Of a stretch of 64,000 bases of DNA, positions 46,801-55,515 are shown in pieces; the first letter of the stretch is position 1; every line of letters begins with the position of its first letter. The stretch is taken from the sequence record NC_019401.1. The stretch is one strand, 5' to 3'. Below the pieces are notes generated by a model that saw nothing but the letters and a program-made list of their open reading frames with translations, had not been told where the DNA came from and did no database searches. A program made the position numbers and the translations under genes.

Positions 46801-47733
46801 TTGTATAAAGCGATACAAGAACTCAAGACTCGTGCTGGATTGAAACATATCTTAGTAGGTTTTCTGTTGCTTGCCGCTGCATTTGGATTAGGTTTTATCT
46901 CACATGATCGTACTACATCATTAGTTTCACAAGAGGCAGTAGTACAACAAGAACCACAAATTACAATTCAAAAGCAACCGCCAGTTATTATTCAGATTGA
47001 ACCTGAAGAAGCAACTGTCAATAGAAAGCAATACAAAGTACTGAGTGGTGATAGCCTATGGACTATCGCTAACCGAATTAAGCCACACAACGTTGAAGTT
47101 GACGAGTATGTAAAAGTACTAAAGGTGGTTAACAGTGATGTTGAGATGCATCCAGGTACGATGTTTGAAATTCCGAGTGCAGACGATTTGAAAGAAGTTA
47201 CTTTACCAGACGTATTAGTTCATTTTGATATTACGGATGAGACAGTAATTAATCATATCAAGAAAGCTGAAGGAACAAGTGAATCCCAAGCTGTATTAAA
47301 ACGGCGTTTACTTGGCGGTAAAGTTGGCCCATCTTTCAAAAATGGGAAGTTCTATCCGTACCGTGACAGTACTGGTCATTTCACAATTGGCTATGGTCAC
47401 TACCTTGGAAAGAGTGAAAAAGACGCTGCGAAATATCGCAATGGAATAAGCAAACGGCAAGCACATGATTTATTGCTCACTGATATGCAACGCACCATGA
47501 ACGATTTCGTTCTGTTGCTACAGCGTAAGCGAGCAGTCGATTTAACCGTTGACCAGCAGCGTATCCTTTATGAAATGGCGTTTACGTTAGGTGTAGATAA
47601 GCTTTCGCGTTTCAATAAAATGTGGAAAAGTGTAGAGAATAATAATCAACATAAATTTAAAACGGAAATTGCAAATTCCTTATGGTATAAACAAATGGGA
47701 AATCGTGCAGTTATGTTGGTTAACAATTTATAA
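46801..47733 (+). CDS. T4-type lysozyme with N-terminal TM and LysM domain
   Basis: TM ILVGFLLLAAAFGLG; LysM YKVLSGDSLWTIA; KAEG...YRDSTGHFTIGYGH and SLWYKQMGNRA; TTG start with AAGGAGG RBS. Confidence 0.85.
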   Translation: MYKAIQELKTRAGLKHILVGFLLLAAAFGLGFISHDRTTSLVSQEAVVQQEPQITIQKQPPVIIQIEPEEATVNRKQYKVLSGDSLWTIANRIKPHNVEVDEYVKVLKVVNSDVEMHPGTMFEIPSADDLKEVTLPDVLVHFDITDETVINHIKKAEGTSESQAVLKRRLLGGKVGPSFKNGKFYPYRDSTGHFTIGYGHYLGKSEKDAAKYRNGISKRQAHDLLLTDMQRTMNDFVLLLQRKRAVDLTVDQQRILYEMAFTLGVDKLSRFNKMWKSVENNNQHKFKTEIANSLWYKQMGNRAVMLVNNL

Positions 47734-47750
47734 TATATTGGATATTTTTT

Positions 47751-48364
47751 ATGATATACGGATTTGGAATTTATGATGGAACTTTTGTTGGAAAAAATAA
47801 CGAAAATCTAATATATCAAATATGGGTTGGTATGATAAAACGGTGTTATTCAACAAGGCATCAGATTGCAAATCCGTCTTATATAGGAACTACTGTTAGT
47901 GATGATTGGAAATTATATTCTAATTTTGAAAAGTGGTATAATGAAAATTATATTGACGGATTTTATTTAGATAAAGATATAATCGGTGGTTCTAAAAAAA
48001 ATATTCGCCGGAAACATGTGCGTTTGTACCAAGAGAAATTAATAATTGTATTACAGAAAGTAATTCGTCAGGAAGTGAATTTTCTTTGGGTGTTTGTTAC
48101 CATAAAAAGAAAAAATCGATGATAAATGAATATAAAAAACCTTTCTATTCTCAATTAAATAACAAAAGTTTAGGCTCTTTTGAAACTAACGAAGAAGCAC
48201 ACTTAGCTTGGCAATTAGCTAAACGTGATTCATTGACGTGCCTTATTAAAAAATATAAAGACATTGTGAATCCAGATGTAATAAATGGGTTACAAAAACG
48301 AATTGATATTTTAACCAATGATATTGATAACAATTTAATCACAGCTACACTTAACAAAATTTAG
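47751..48364 (+). pseudogene. HNH-type endonuclease split by a -1 frameshift at an A8 run
   Basis: frame 1 W.GMIKRCY...LDKDIIGGSKK continues in the -1 frame as YSPETCAFVPREIN at 48002. Confidence 0.75.
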
Positions 48365-48381
48365 TTTTAAGGAGTACTTTT

Positions 48382-48717
48382 ATGATCCATCATACTATTG
48401 TTTATAACGATAACATCGCTGTGTCAGAAGAATTAGAATTTCATACTTTCGATTCATTTGACAAACTTGAAAAATTTATTGGAAATGATAATGTAAGTTT
48501 TCGAACTACATATTCAAAAGAAGGTAATTCATTCAAGGTTCATTCGCATGGCGTTCACAATGGTGTGCAATTCGATGCACATGTAGTTGATGATGATATG
48601 TATAAAGGTGTTGATCTCATGGTTGCTAAGTTGGAATCCCAGCTTCGCAAAGAGAAAGGTAAACGTACTAACATCAATCGTGATGTTGACGTAAGTACTG
48701 AAGATAATGAAGAATAA
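48382..48717 (+). CDS. hpf: ribosome hibernation promoting factor (HPF/RaiA-like)
   Basis: DMYKGVDLMVAKLESQLRKEK matches the HPF helix pattern. Confidence 0.75.
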   Translation: MIHHTIVYNDNIAVSEELEFHTFDSFDKLEKFIGNDNVSFRTTYSKEGNSFKVHSHGVHNGVQFDAHVVDDDMYKGVDLMVAKLESQLRKEKGKRTNINRDVDVSTEDNEE

Positions 48718-48721
48718 ACCC

Positions 48722-48750
48722 TTGACAGTACAATAAAAACGTGTTACATT
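48722..48750 (+). promoter_or_regulatory. sigma70-type promoter
   Basis: TTGACA-N17-TACATT with TG extension. Confidence 0.7.
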
Positions 48751-48800
48751 ATAGGACAGACAGAAATGTACTGTCCTTTTTTATTTTAAGGTATTTTTTA

Positions 48801-49196
48801 ATGGCTATTTATATTAAAGACATAACCATAGAATCTGACCCATATGGTCGTTATAGGGTTAAGTACAAAGATAAAGCTGTTATTCTTGAACGTTATGTTT
48901 TCAATCAGTTATATGATATGAATGATCACGTACAAATATATAAGTTTTTAGTTCAAAATTTTTTCCATGAGAAACCAGAAATGATGTATGATGAATATTT
49001 CGGTACTGATTCATATGAATTAGACCTCGAAACAGAACGAATTAAAAAGCTTAAAGCAGAAAAGTTTGAAAGCGGTATACTAGGTGAAAAAGGTACAAAC
49101 CAAACTCAATCACCCAAAGAATTAAGTAGAAAAAATCTTAATTCAACATTTTGGGGTTCGATGATAATACAGGATATTATTGATGCTAACAGTTGA
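48801..49196 (+). CDS. hypothetical protein
   Basis: ATG 48801 with AAGG RBS. Confidence 0.7.
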   Translation: MAIYIKDITIESDPYGRYRVKYKDKAVILERYVFNQLYDMNDHVQIYKFLVQNFFHEKPEMMYDEYFGTDSYELDLETERIKKLKAEKFESGILGEKGTNQTQSPKELSRKNLNSTFWGSMIIQDIIDANS

Positions 49197-49392
49197 TAAA
49201 ATGTTCGAATACGATTTTGGATTTGATTATTCGGATGGCGATAGCTCTGCAAAACAGATGGAAAAAAGATTAAGTTCTATTAGAGAAGAACTTAGCCGAG
49301 AACACCATAATAAAGTACTCATAGAAATTCATCAGAAGAATCAAAGCTTTTGGTATTCGCTCATTAAAGAAGATATTTTAACTAAGGTGTAA
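49180..49392 (+). CDS. hypothetical protein
   Basis: 70 aa. Confidence 0.6.
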   Translation: MMLTVDKMFEYDFGFDYSDGDSSAKQMEKRLSSIREELSREHHNKVLIEIHQKNQSFWYSLIKEDILTKV

Positions 49393-49394
49393 AG

Positions 49395-50510
49395 ATGAAA
49401 AAATATATTGTAGGTGGTTTTGTACGTGACAAATTGCTTGGCCTCCAACCGAAAGACAAAGATTATGTACTGGTAGGTGCTAAACCAAAAGATATTTCAT
49501 ATCTTGAAAGCATTGGTTACAAACAAGTTGGTGCAGATTTTCCGGTATATTTGTCGCCTGAAGGTGATGAATATGCACTTGCACGTATTGAACGTAAAAC
49601 TGGTACTGGATACGATGGTTTTTCTGTTGAAACCCAGGGTGTAACTTTGGAACAAGATTTATTCCGTCGAGATTTAACTATCAATGCTATTGCTTGGGAC
49701 CCAATTACTAAAACCCATATCGACCCATATAAAGGCAAAGAAGATCTAAAAAATAAAGTACTGAAACATGTATCAGATGCATTCAAAGAAGATCCACTTC
49801 GTGTTCTGCGTCTTGCACGTTTCGCTGCTCGTTATGCTGATTTTAAAGTTCATAAAGATACAGATTCTATGGTTCGCCAAATGGTTAAAAATGGTGAAAT
49901 TAATCATCTTACAAAAGAACGTGTATACGTTGAATTTGAAAAAGCGTTTTCTGAACAAAAGCCAAGCATCTTTTTGAAATATTTGAAAGATATTGGTGCG
50001 TTAACAGTGCTGTTGCCTGGTTTTGATGCAACACAAAAAGAACTTGAACTAATTGACCATATTGTAAATACAAGCTCTGAACAGTACCGTGATGAGTTTA
50101 TTTGGTCTGTTATTCTTTCTAAATGTACTGCGAATAACGATTATGTGGTTGGTGGTATTAAATTACCAGCCCGTATGGTGAAATTCAGTAACTTCATTAA
50201 AAAGCACAGTGAAAATCTATTAAAATTCAGGAAGAAAAAGCCGGAAGAAATGGTAGAATTGTTCAGTGCAATGAATGTTAAAAATAATGGTGGAGAAGAA
50301 TTCCTTTATAAAGTAACTGAATACTTCATTATTCGCCGCGAAATGGATAATGAACTTGAAGATTTGATTGTAAAAGTTTTTGATCGTTATACTGATGCAC
50401 CTGTTGGTAACATTGAGGAAATGGTAAAAACTGGCGAACTCAAATCAAGTGATATTCGTAATTACGTTAAAGACATTCAGCTAACTGAAGTTAAGAAAAT
50501 GTTCTCGTAA
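49395..50510 (+). CDS. cca: tRNA nucleotidyltransferase (CCA-adding enzyme, class II)
   Basis: VGGFVRD, DKDY, DLFRRDLTINA, EDPLRVLRLARF, ERVYVEFEK. Confidence 0.93.
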   Translation: MKKYIVGGFVRDKLLGLQPKDKDYVLVGAKPKDISYLESIGYKQVGADFPVYLSPEGDEYALARIERKTGTGYDGFSVETQGVTLEQDLFRRDLTINAIAWDPITKTHIDPYKGKEDLKNKVLKHVSDAFKEDPLRVLRLARFAARYADFKVHKDTDSMVRQMVKNGEINHLTKERVYVEFEKAFSEQKPSIFLKYLKDIGALTVLLPGFDATQKELELIDHIVNTSSEQYRDEFIWSVILSKCTANNDYVVGGIKLPARMVKFSNFIKKHSENLLKFRKKKPEEMVELFSAMNVKNNGGEEFLYKVTEYFIIRREMDNELEDLIVKVFDRYTDAPVGNIEEMVKTGELKSSDIRNYVKDIQLTEVKKMFS

Positions 50511-50514
50511 ATTT

Positions 50515-50544
50515 ATGAAACGAAAATAAAAAATATGGTATATT
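50515..50544 (+). promoter_or_regulatory. promoter, ATGAAAC-N17-TATAWT class
   Basis: ATGAAAC, 17 nt, TGG-TATATT. Confidence 0.6.
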
Positions 50545-50577
50545 ATAGGTATCTGATAATTTTAGTGAGAAATTCAT

Positions 50578-51006
50578 ATGCGTTATACATGTGGAATAAT
50601 TTTTTACCGCGACGGTCAGATACTTATAGGCCATACAACTGGTCAATCACATTGGGATCTTCCTAAAGGAAAAACCGAAGACGGAGAAACCTATAAAGAA
50701 GCCGCAGTTCGTGAATGCTATGAAGAAACTGGATTAGAAATCGCAGAAGATGACCTTCTCTTAATTGGGGAGGTTGCTTATCGTAAGGGAAAGCGTTTAG
50801 TTCTTTTCTTTTATACAGCATCGGACAAACCTGATGTTGAACAGTTGGAATGTCTTAGTACATATACAAACCGTTACGGTCAAGAAAAACCAGAACTAGA
50901 CAAGTTTATGTATATAGACGTAGAAGATTGTCAGTACTATCTAACGGAGCGTATGTGTAATAGTATAATTAAGGCTGTCACACAATTCATGGAAAATAAA
51001 ATTTAA
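50578..51006 (+). CDS. Nudix hydrolase (T4 NudE-like)
   Basis: PKGKTEDGETYKEAAVRECYEETGL Nudix box. Confidence 0.92.
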   Translation: MRYTCGIIFYRDGQILIGHTTGQSHWDLPKGKTEDGETYKEAAVRECYEETGLEIAEDDLLLIGEVAYRKGKRLVLFFYTASDKPDVEQLECLSTYTNRYGQEKPELDKFMYIDVEDCQYYLTERMCNSIIKAVTQFMENKI

Positions 51007-51031
51007 AATAAAAACATAATAAGGGAATATT

Positions 51032-51268
51032 ATGAACGTAAAAATGTATGGTCGTGCACAAGGATGTAAGTTTTGTGATCGTGCTAAACTCATTTGTGAA
51101 ATGAATGGGTTCAACTTAGAATTTATTGATATTGAAGCACAAGGTCTAAGTGCTGAAGATTTAGCAGAAATCATCGGTACTCCAGTTCGCACAGTACCGC
51201 AAATTTTCGTAGATGAACAGTACGTTGGAGGATGTGATAAGTTCGAAGCTTTTCTAAAAGGAGAATAA
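51032..51268 (+). CDS. grx: glutaredoxin
   Basis: CKFC, TVPQIF, YVGGCD. Confidence 0.92.
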   Translation: MNVKMYGRAQGCKFCDRAKLICEMNGFNLEFIDIEAQGLSAEDLAEIIGTPVRTVPQIFVDEQYVGGCDKFEAFLKGE

Positions 51269-51269
51269 T

Positions 51270-51683
51270 ATGAGTCTATTTAAGACCATTCAAGCTGAAC
51301 GTCAAAGTGCACTCGGTCAGAACCGAGTTAAATATAGTCTATTTGGTGTAATCATTGCAGAAGTACAACGCAAAACAACTTCAAGTGAAGTTGATGATTC
51401 TGTTGTAATTCAAGTTATCAAAAAACTACTAGAAAGTGTTAATGAAACTCTTGCAGTAGCAACTTCTGAACAACCTGAACTAGAACAAGAAAAAGTACTT
51501 CTAACCAATCTCCTACCTAAGCAGCTAACTAATGATGAACTACTTGCTATTATGCAAGAAGCAATTGCCGCTGATCCATCAATGGCAGAGAAAAAGAATA
51601 TGTTCCCATACCTAAAAGCTAACTTTGATGGTCAGTATAATGGTAAGGATGCAAATACTCTATTCAGTCAATTAGGTGCGTAA
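51270..51683 (+). CDS. YqeY/GatB-like protein
   Basis: helical; VIQVIKK...EKVLLTNLLPKQLT. Confidence 0.7.
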   Translation: MSLFKTIQAERQSALGQNRVKYSLFGVIIAEVQRKTTSSEVDDSVVIQVIKKLLESVNETLAVATSEQPELEQEKVLLTNLLPKQLTNDELLAIMQEAIAADPSMAEKKNMFPYLKANFDGQYNGKDANTLFSQLGA

Positions 51684-51684
51684 T

Positions 51685-52029
51685 ATGAAAAGACAGGATT
51701 CGTCAGATATTAATGCGTATATTCTTGATGAAGATACTCATTATAAAGTTAATAAATCTCACTTTACGTTAGGTGAACGAAATATTCGCGATATGCAGCA
51801 ACGCCATCAGGATCGTTTAAAGAAAGTAAAAGAACTTGCTGAGCAATTGGGTGTTGAATATGAGCCATGCTTACCAAGTGCAGAAACTGTAATTCATAAT
51901 GCTGAACTGATACAAAAGTATCATCAAAACAAAGAGTTATATGATTCTGTACTAGGACAAGTACTATCAGTATGCACACCTGAAGAAGTTATAAAATATA
52001 TCGATGAGCAATTGAATAGCCCTAAATAA
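51685..52029 (+). CDS. hypothetical protein
   Basis: ATG 51685. Confidence 0.7.
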   Translation: MKRQDSSDINAYILDEDTHYKVNKSHFTLGERNIRDMQQRHQDRLKKVKELAEQLGVEYEPCLPSAETVIHNAELIQKYHQNKELYDSVLGQVLSVCTPEEVIKYIDEQLNSPK

Positions 52030-52076
52030 TATTGAAGGAAACAAATTCCTTCAGATTACAATTTGGGAGAGAAATT

Positions 52077-52319
52077 ATGCTTAGTTTCCGTGAAAAATTA
52101 GCCAATGGCATTTTTGAAAGTGTTAAATCGACTGTATCAATTCCTAAAAAATCAGCATTTTTGGGTACGATTACTGAAGATGGGTATTGCGACTATGACG
52201 TACCCGAAGACACATGGTACTTATCGAAAGATAATAAACGCGGCACGAGACTTCACCAAAGTAATATTGCAAGAAAACATCGTAAAGAGACAAAACGAAT
52301 CCGTTTCGGATTAGAATAA
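52077..52319 (+). CDS. small basic hypothetical protein
   Basis: ATG 52077 with GGGAGAG RBS. Confidence 0.6.
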   Translation: MLSFREKLANGIFESVKSTVSIPKKSAFLGTITEDGYCDYDVPEDTWYLSKDNKRGTRLHQSNIARKHRKETKRIRFGLE

Positions 52320-52322
52320 TTC

Positions 52323-52349
52323 AAAGGGCATCTTAGGATGCCCTTTTTT
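52323..52349 (+). terminator. rho-independent terminator
   Basis: GGGCATC-TTAG-GATGCCC plus T run. Confidence 0.85.
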
Positions 52350-52363
52350 CAATTGAGGCATAT

Positions 52364-52861
52364 ATGATTAATCATCACGTAGGTAATCTGTTTGAGTTAG
52401 TACTTAATCAACAACGATGGGAAGAAGACGTACATTTCATTATTCATGGATGTAATGCACAGGGTCGAATGGGTTCTGGATTTGCTAAAGAACTTCGTTC
52501 TCGCTTCCCAGGGGCGTATGATGAGTATGATGCAGCATATAAAGCTGGTAATAATCATCTAGATATTGGAACCGTGATTTATCATGCAGCAGAAACAGAC
52601 CTGATAATTGCTAACGCTATTACCCAAGAATTCTATGGGCGTGATGGTGCTAAATATGTCAGCTATGATGCGATTGATTCTATCTTCAAAGAACTGAATA
52701 ATACTGCATCAGTATTAAAAGAACTTTCAGGGAAGGAAGCTGTTCATTTCCATTTCCCTAAAATTGGTTCAGATTTAGGTGGTGGTAACTGGAATGTTAT
52801 TGCTGAAATTATTGACCACCGTGTAACTGAAGCAACAAAAAATCTGTATGAACTAAATTAA
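52364..52861 (+). CDS. macrodomain ADP-ribose hydrolase (T4 Tk.4-like)
   Basis: HGCNAQGRMGSGFA, IANAITQ, FPKIGSDLGGG. Confidence 0.88.
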   Translation: MINHHVGNLFELVLNQQRWEEDVHFIIHGCNAQGRMGSGFAKELRSRFPGAYDEYDAAYKAGNNHLDIGTVIYHAAETDLIIANAITQEFYGRDGAKYVSYDAIDSIFKELNNTASVLKELSGKEAVHFHFPKIGSDLGGGNWNVIAEIIDHRVTEATKNLYELN

Positions 52862-52887
52862 TTACAAACAACACAAGGAAGTGTATT

Positions 52888-53214
52888 ATGTCTAATGACG
52901 CAAGCAATGTTAAACTACTTTTTATCAATGGTATTGGTCCAATCATCGCTACTATTCAAAACGATGTAACTGACGCAATCGTAGTTCGAAACCCATGCCA
53001 ATTTGGTCTTGATGAGCAGAATGAACTAGCGATTCGCGATTATCTTGAAGGTATTAGTAATCCAGAAAAAGATGTTATTTTCATGAAGTATAACATTGTT
53101 TCGGTAACTACACCAGTAGCTGAAATTGCAAATGCATATATCAGTGCACTAGAAGCACTACAAGATAATAGTCCAAAACTAATTGTACCAGAAAACAAAA
53201 TTATCACAAGGTAA
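52888..53214 (+). CDS. conserved hypothetical protein
   Basis: 108 aa, AAGGA RBS. Confidence 0.75.
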   Translation: MSNDASNVKLLFINGIGPIIATIQNDVTDAIVVRNPCQFGLDEQNELAIRDYLEGISNPEKDVIFMKYNIVSVTTPVAEIANAYISALEALQDNSPKLIVPENKIITR

Positions 53215-53217
53215 ACC

Positions 53218-53580
53218 ATGAGTGTAAGTCAAGCTATCGTGATTGTAAAAGGTCAATCACCAATGGATTTAGTGCGTATGTCTATTCGTGCTGGTATGGA
53301 AATTATGTATCAATTTGATCCAACACGCTCTGCATATGCAGGTGCTGCTGAACATAAACAATTTGAAAAAGACTTTGCAGAATGGTCAAGTACTGGATAT
53401 GAACAAAATGTCTATGTAGCTGACGAATCTGAAATGTTGAATGAAATTGAAATGTTTTGTAATATGGAAGGTGCACCAACTAATTTTATCGACGGTGAAT
53501 CTGAAACTATGATTCTAGTTGTGGGTCCATTTGATTCTTCACGATTGAATTACTTTACACAAAACTGCATTAAGATTTAA
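53218..53580 (+). CDS. peptidyl-tRNA hydrolase type 2 (Pth2)-like, divergent
   Basis: QAIVIV start, W..TG, C-terminal ILVVGP...YFTQNCIKI parallel Pth2; catalytic residues unclear. Confidence 0.4.
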   Translation: MSVSQAIVIVKGQSPMDLVRMSIRAGMEIMYQFDPTRSAYAGAAEHKQFEKDFAEWSSTGYEQNVYVADESEMLNEIEMFCNMEGAPTNFIDGESETMILVVGPFDSSRLNYFTQNCIKI

Positions 53581-53587
53581 AGATTAT

Positions 53588-53628
53588 CCCCTAAATATGA
53601 TATACAAACATGTTTAGGGGTATTTTTT
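53588..53628 (+). promoter_or_regulatory. late promoter inside an anti-SD hairpin
   Basis: CCCCTAAA/TTTAGGGG stem; TAAATA at 53592-53597 overlaps the 5' arm; AGGGG RBS in the 3' arm. Confidence 0.6.
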
Positions 53629-54414
53629 ATGTCTTATAATTACGCTGGTAATCCAGATTCTCCACAGTACGATCACCGTGAAGAAATGAAACGTGTTATT
53701 ACTGTTATGCTAGGTGCAGGTGCAGTTGAAGTTGAAATAACAGATGAACAGTTAGAAATTTGTATCGATAATGCTGTAGCAAACTATCGTGCATGGGCTG
53801 CTGCTTCGAAAGAAGAAGCATTCTTACATATGAAATTCTATGAATCTGATTCAGTTTATGAACTTCCAACTGAAGTTGAAATTGTTAAAAGAATTTATCG
53901 TCGTGGTAATGGCGTAGTTTCAGGTTCAGGTGCGACTGTAGATCCATTCTCATTAGCATATAGTAATACATATCTATTAAGTGCAGTTCGTGGTTCAACT
54001 GGTGGTGGACTATTAACATATGATTTATATCATCAGTTTGATGAAACTGTTGGTCGTATGTTTGGTCGTGAAATCATGTTTCTTTGGAACTCAGTAACTA
54101 AGAAGTTGACTCTAGAACGTGATATTCGTGGTGAAGAAGAAGTACTTCTACACGTATTCCATAATAAACCAGAACCAATTTTATTCAAAACTCAAAGTAC
54201 TTATCCGTGGTTACGTGATTGGGCTTTATCAGAAGCGATGATGATTCTTGGTCGTAACCGTTCTAAATTCGCAACTCTACCAGGGCCACAAGGTTCCTTC
54301 TCAATGGATGGTGCAGATTTACTACAAAATGCCATTCGTATGCAACAAGAACTTCGCGACCGTTTACGTAAGTATGAAGATGGTAGCACACCATTAGGCT
54401 TCATTATTGGTTAA
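53629..54414 (+). CDS. neck/head completion protein (T4 gp13-like)
   Basis: VEITDEQLEICIDNA, LPGPQGSFSMDG...A...EL; position before sheath. Confidence 0.8.
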   Translation: MSYNYAGNPDSPQYDHREEMKRVITVMLGAGAVEVEITDEQLEICIDNAVANYRAWAAASKEEAFLHMKFYESDSVYELPTEVEIVKRIYRRGNGVVSGSGATVDPFSLAYSNTYLLSAVRGSTGGGLLTYDLYHQFDETVGRMFGREIMFLWNSVTKKLTLERDIRGEEEVLLHVFHNKPEPILFKTQSTYPWLRDWALSEAMMILGRNRSKFATLPGPQGSFSMDGADLLQNAIRMQQELRDRLRKYEDGSTPLGFIIG

Positions 54415-54452
54415 TATAAATACACCATGATTGAAAATGTTATGGTGATATT

Positions 54453-54704
54453 ATGCGTTACGAAGCTTTTATGGGAACAGATGAATTTTTATATAGTGGT
54501 GAAAGCGGTGAGATTTCAACAAAAATGTTGAAGTTCATGGAAGCTATTACAGATGAAAACGAAGCTGGTACATTTGAAATAAAAGAAGAAGTAGTTGGTG
54601 GCATACCACTATATTATGCTTCAGTTTGCTTTCCTGATTGGGCTGAAGCACTATTTTTAATTCAATTTTATGAATACAGTTGGGAACTTTTGGAAGAATC
54701 TTAA
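54453..54704 (+). CDS. hypothetical late protein
   Basis: TATAAATA at 54415-54422 upstream. Confidence 0.65.
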   Translation: MRYEAFMGTDEFLYSGESGEISTKMLKFMEAITDENEAGTFEIKEEVVGGIPLYYASVCFPDWAEALFLIQFYEYSWELLEES

Positions 54705-54742
54705 TAGGGGTTCTTCCTTTTTTCGTTTAAAGGAAAGACAAT

Positions 54743-55429
54743 ATGGAACGTAAATTAGTAGCAATTAATGGAACTATTGGATCAGGAAAAGATACCTTTT
54801 CTCAAGTTTTCATTGACAATGGTTTTTATAGAGTATCATTTGCAGAAACATTAAAAGATGCGGTTTCGGCTATTTTTGGTTGGGATCGTGAAATGTTAGA
54901 AGGTACTACAGATGAATCACGTAAAATTCGTGAACAACCAGACGAGTACTGGTCAAGTAAGCTTGGTCGTGATGTAACTCCACGCTGGGTACTTCAAAAT
55001 CTCGGTACTGATGTTCTCCGTCGGCGTTTTCATGATAATATTTGGGTCTTCGCCGCAGAAAATAAAATTAGGAATCTTCCATGTGACCGTGTAATAATTA
55101 CTGATTGTCGTTTTCCAAATGAATTAAAAATGATTCGTGAAAATAACGGAACAGTTATTGAAGTTCAGCGAGTATTACCCGATTGGTATTGGGATGCATA
55201 TGCTTATAACTTAGAAACTGAGCGAATACTAGCCGGATACCCATTAGATGATGAGTTAGATAGAATGTTTGGTATTACTACTGATGTTCCTCCATCTATG
55301 AAAAATGTTCATTCATCTGAATATGGCTGGGTTGGCATTAATCGCCCTGATTATATAGTAGAAAATAACAGTACTATCGATGCATTGCACTCTCAGGCGT
55401 ACTCCATTCTCAGTAATATCATCAAGTAA
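54743..55429 (+). CDS. deoxynucleoside monophosphate kinase (T4 gp1-like)
   Basis: GTIGSGKDT, SFAETLK, PRWVLQNLGTD, ITDCRFPNE. Confidence 0.9.
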   Translation: MERKLVAINGTIGSGKDTFSQVFIDNGFYRVSFAETLKDAVSAIFGWDREMLEGTTDESRKIREQPDEYWSSKLGRDVTPRWVLQNLGTDVLRRRFHDNIWVFAAENKIRNLPCDRVIITDCRFPNELKMIRENNGTVIEVQRVLPDWYWDAYAYNLETERILAGYPLDDELDRMFGITTDVPPSMKNVHSSEYGWVGINRPDYIVENNSTIDALHSQAYSILSNIIK

Positions 55430-55515
55430 GTTTACTTTACGCACGTAAGTTTAAATCCTTCAATAAATAACATTATACGAATATTCGAATAAACCCAAAA
55501 TTTTTGGAGGATTAA

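Noticed and set aside
47751-48364. Absence of AGTACT in the HNH gene as proof of recent acquisition
   Set aside because: Only about 1.5 sites are expected in 600 bp, so the absence is not significant.
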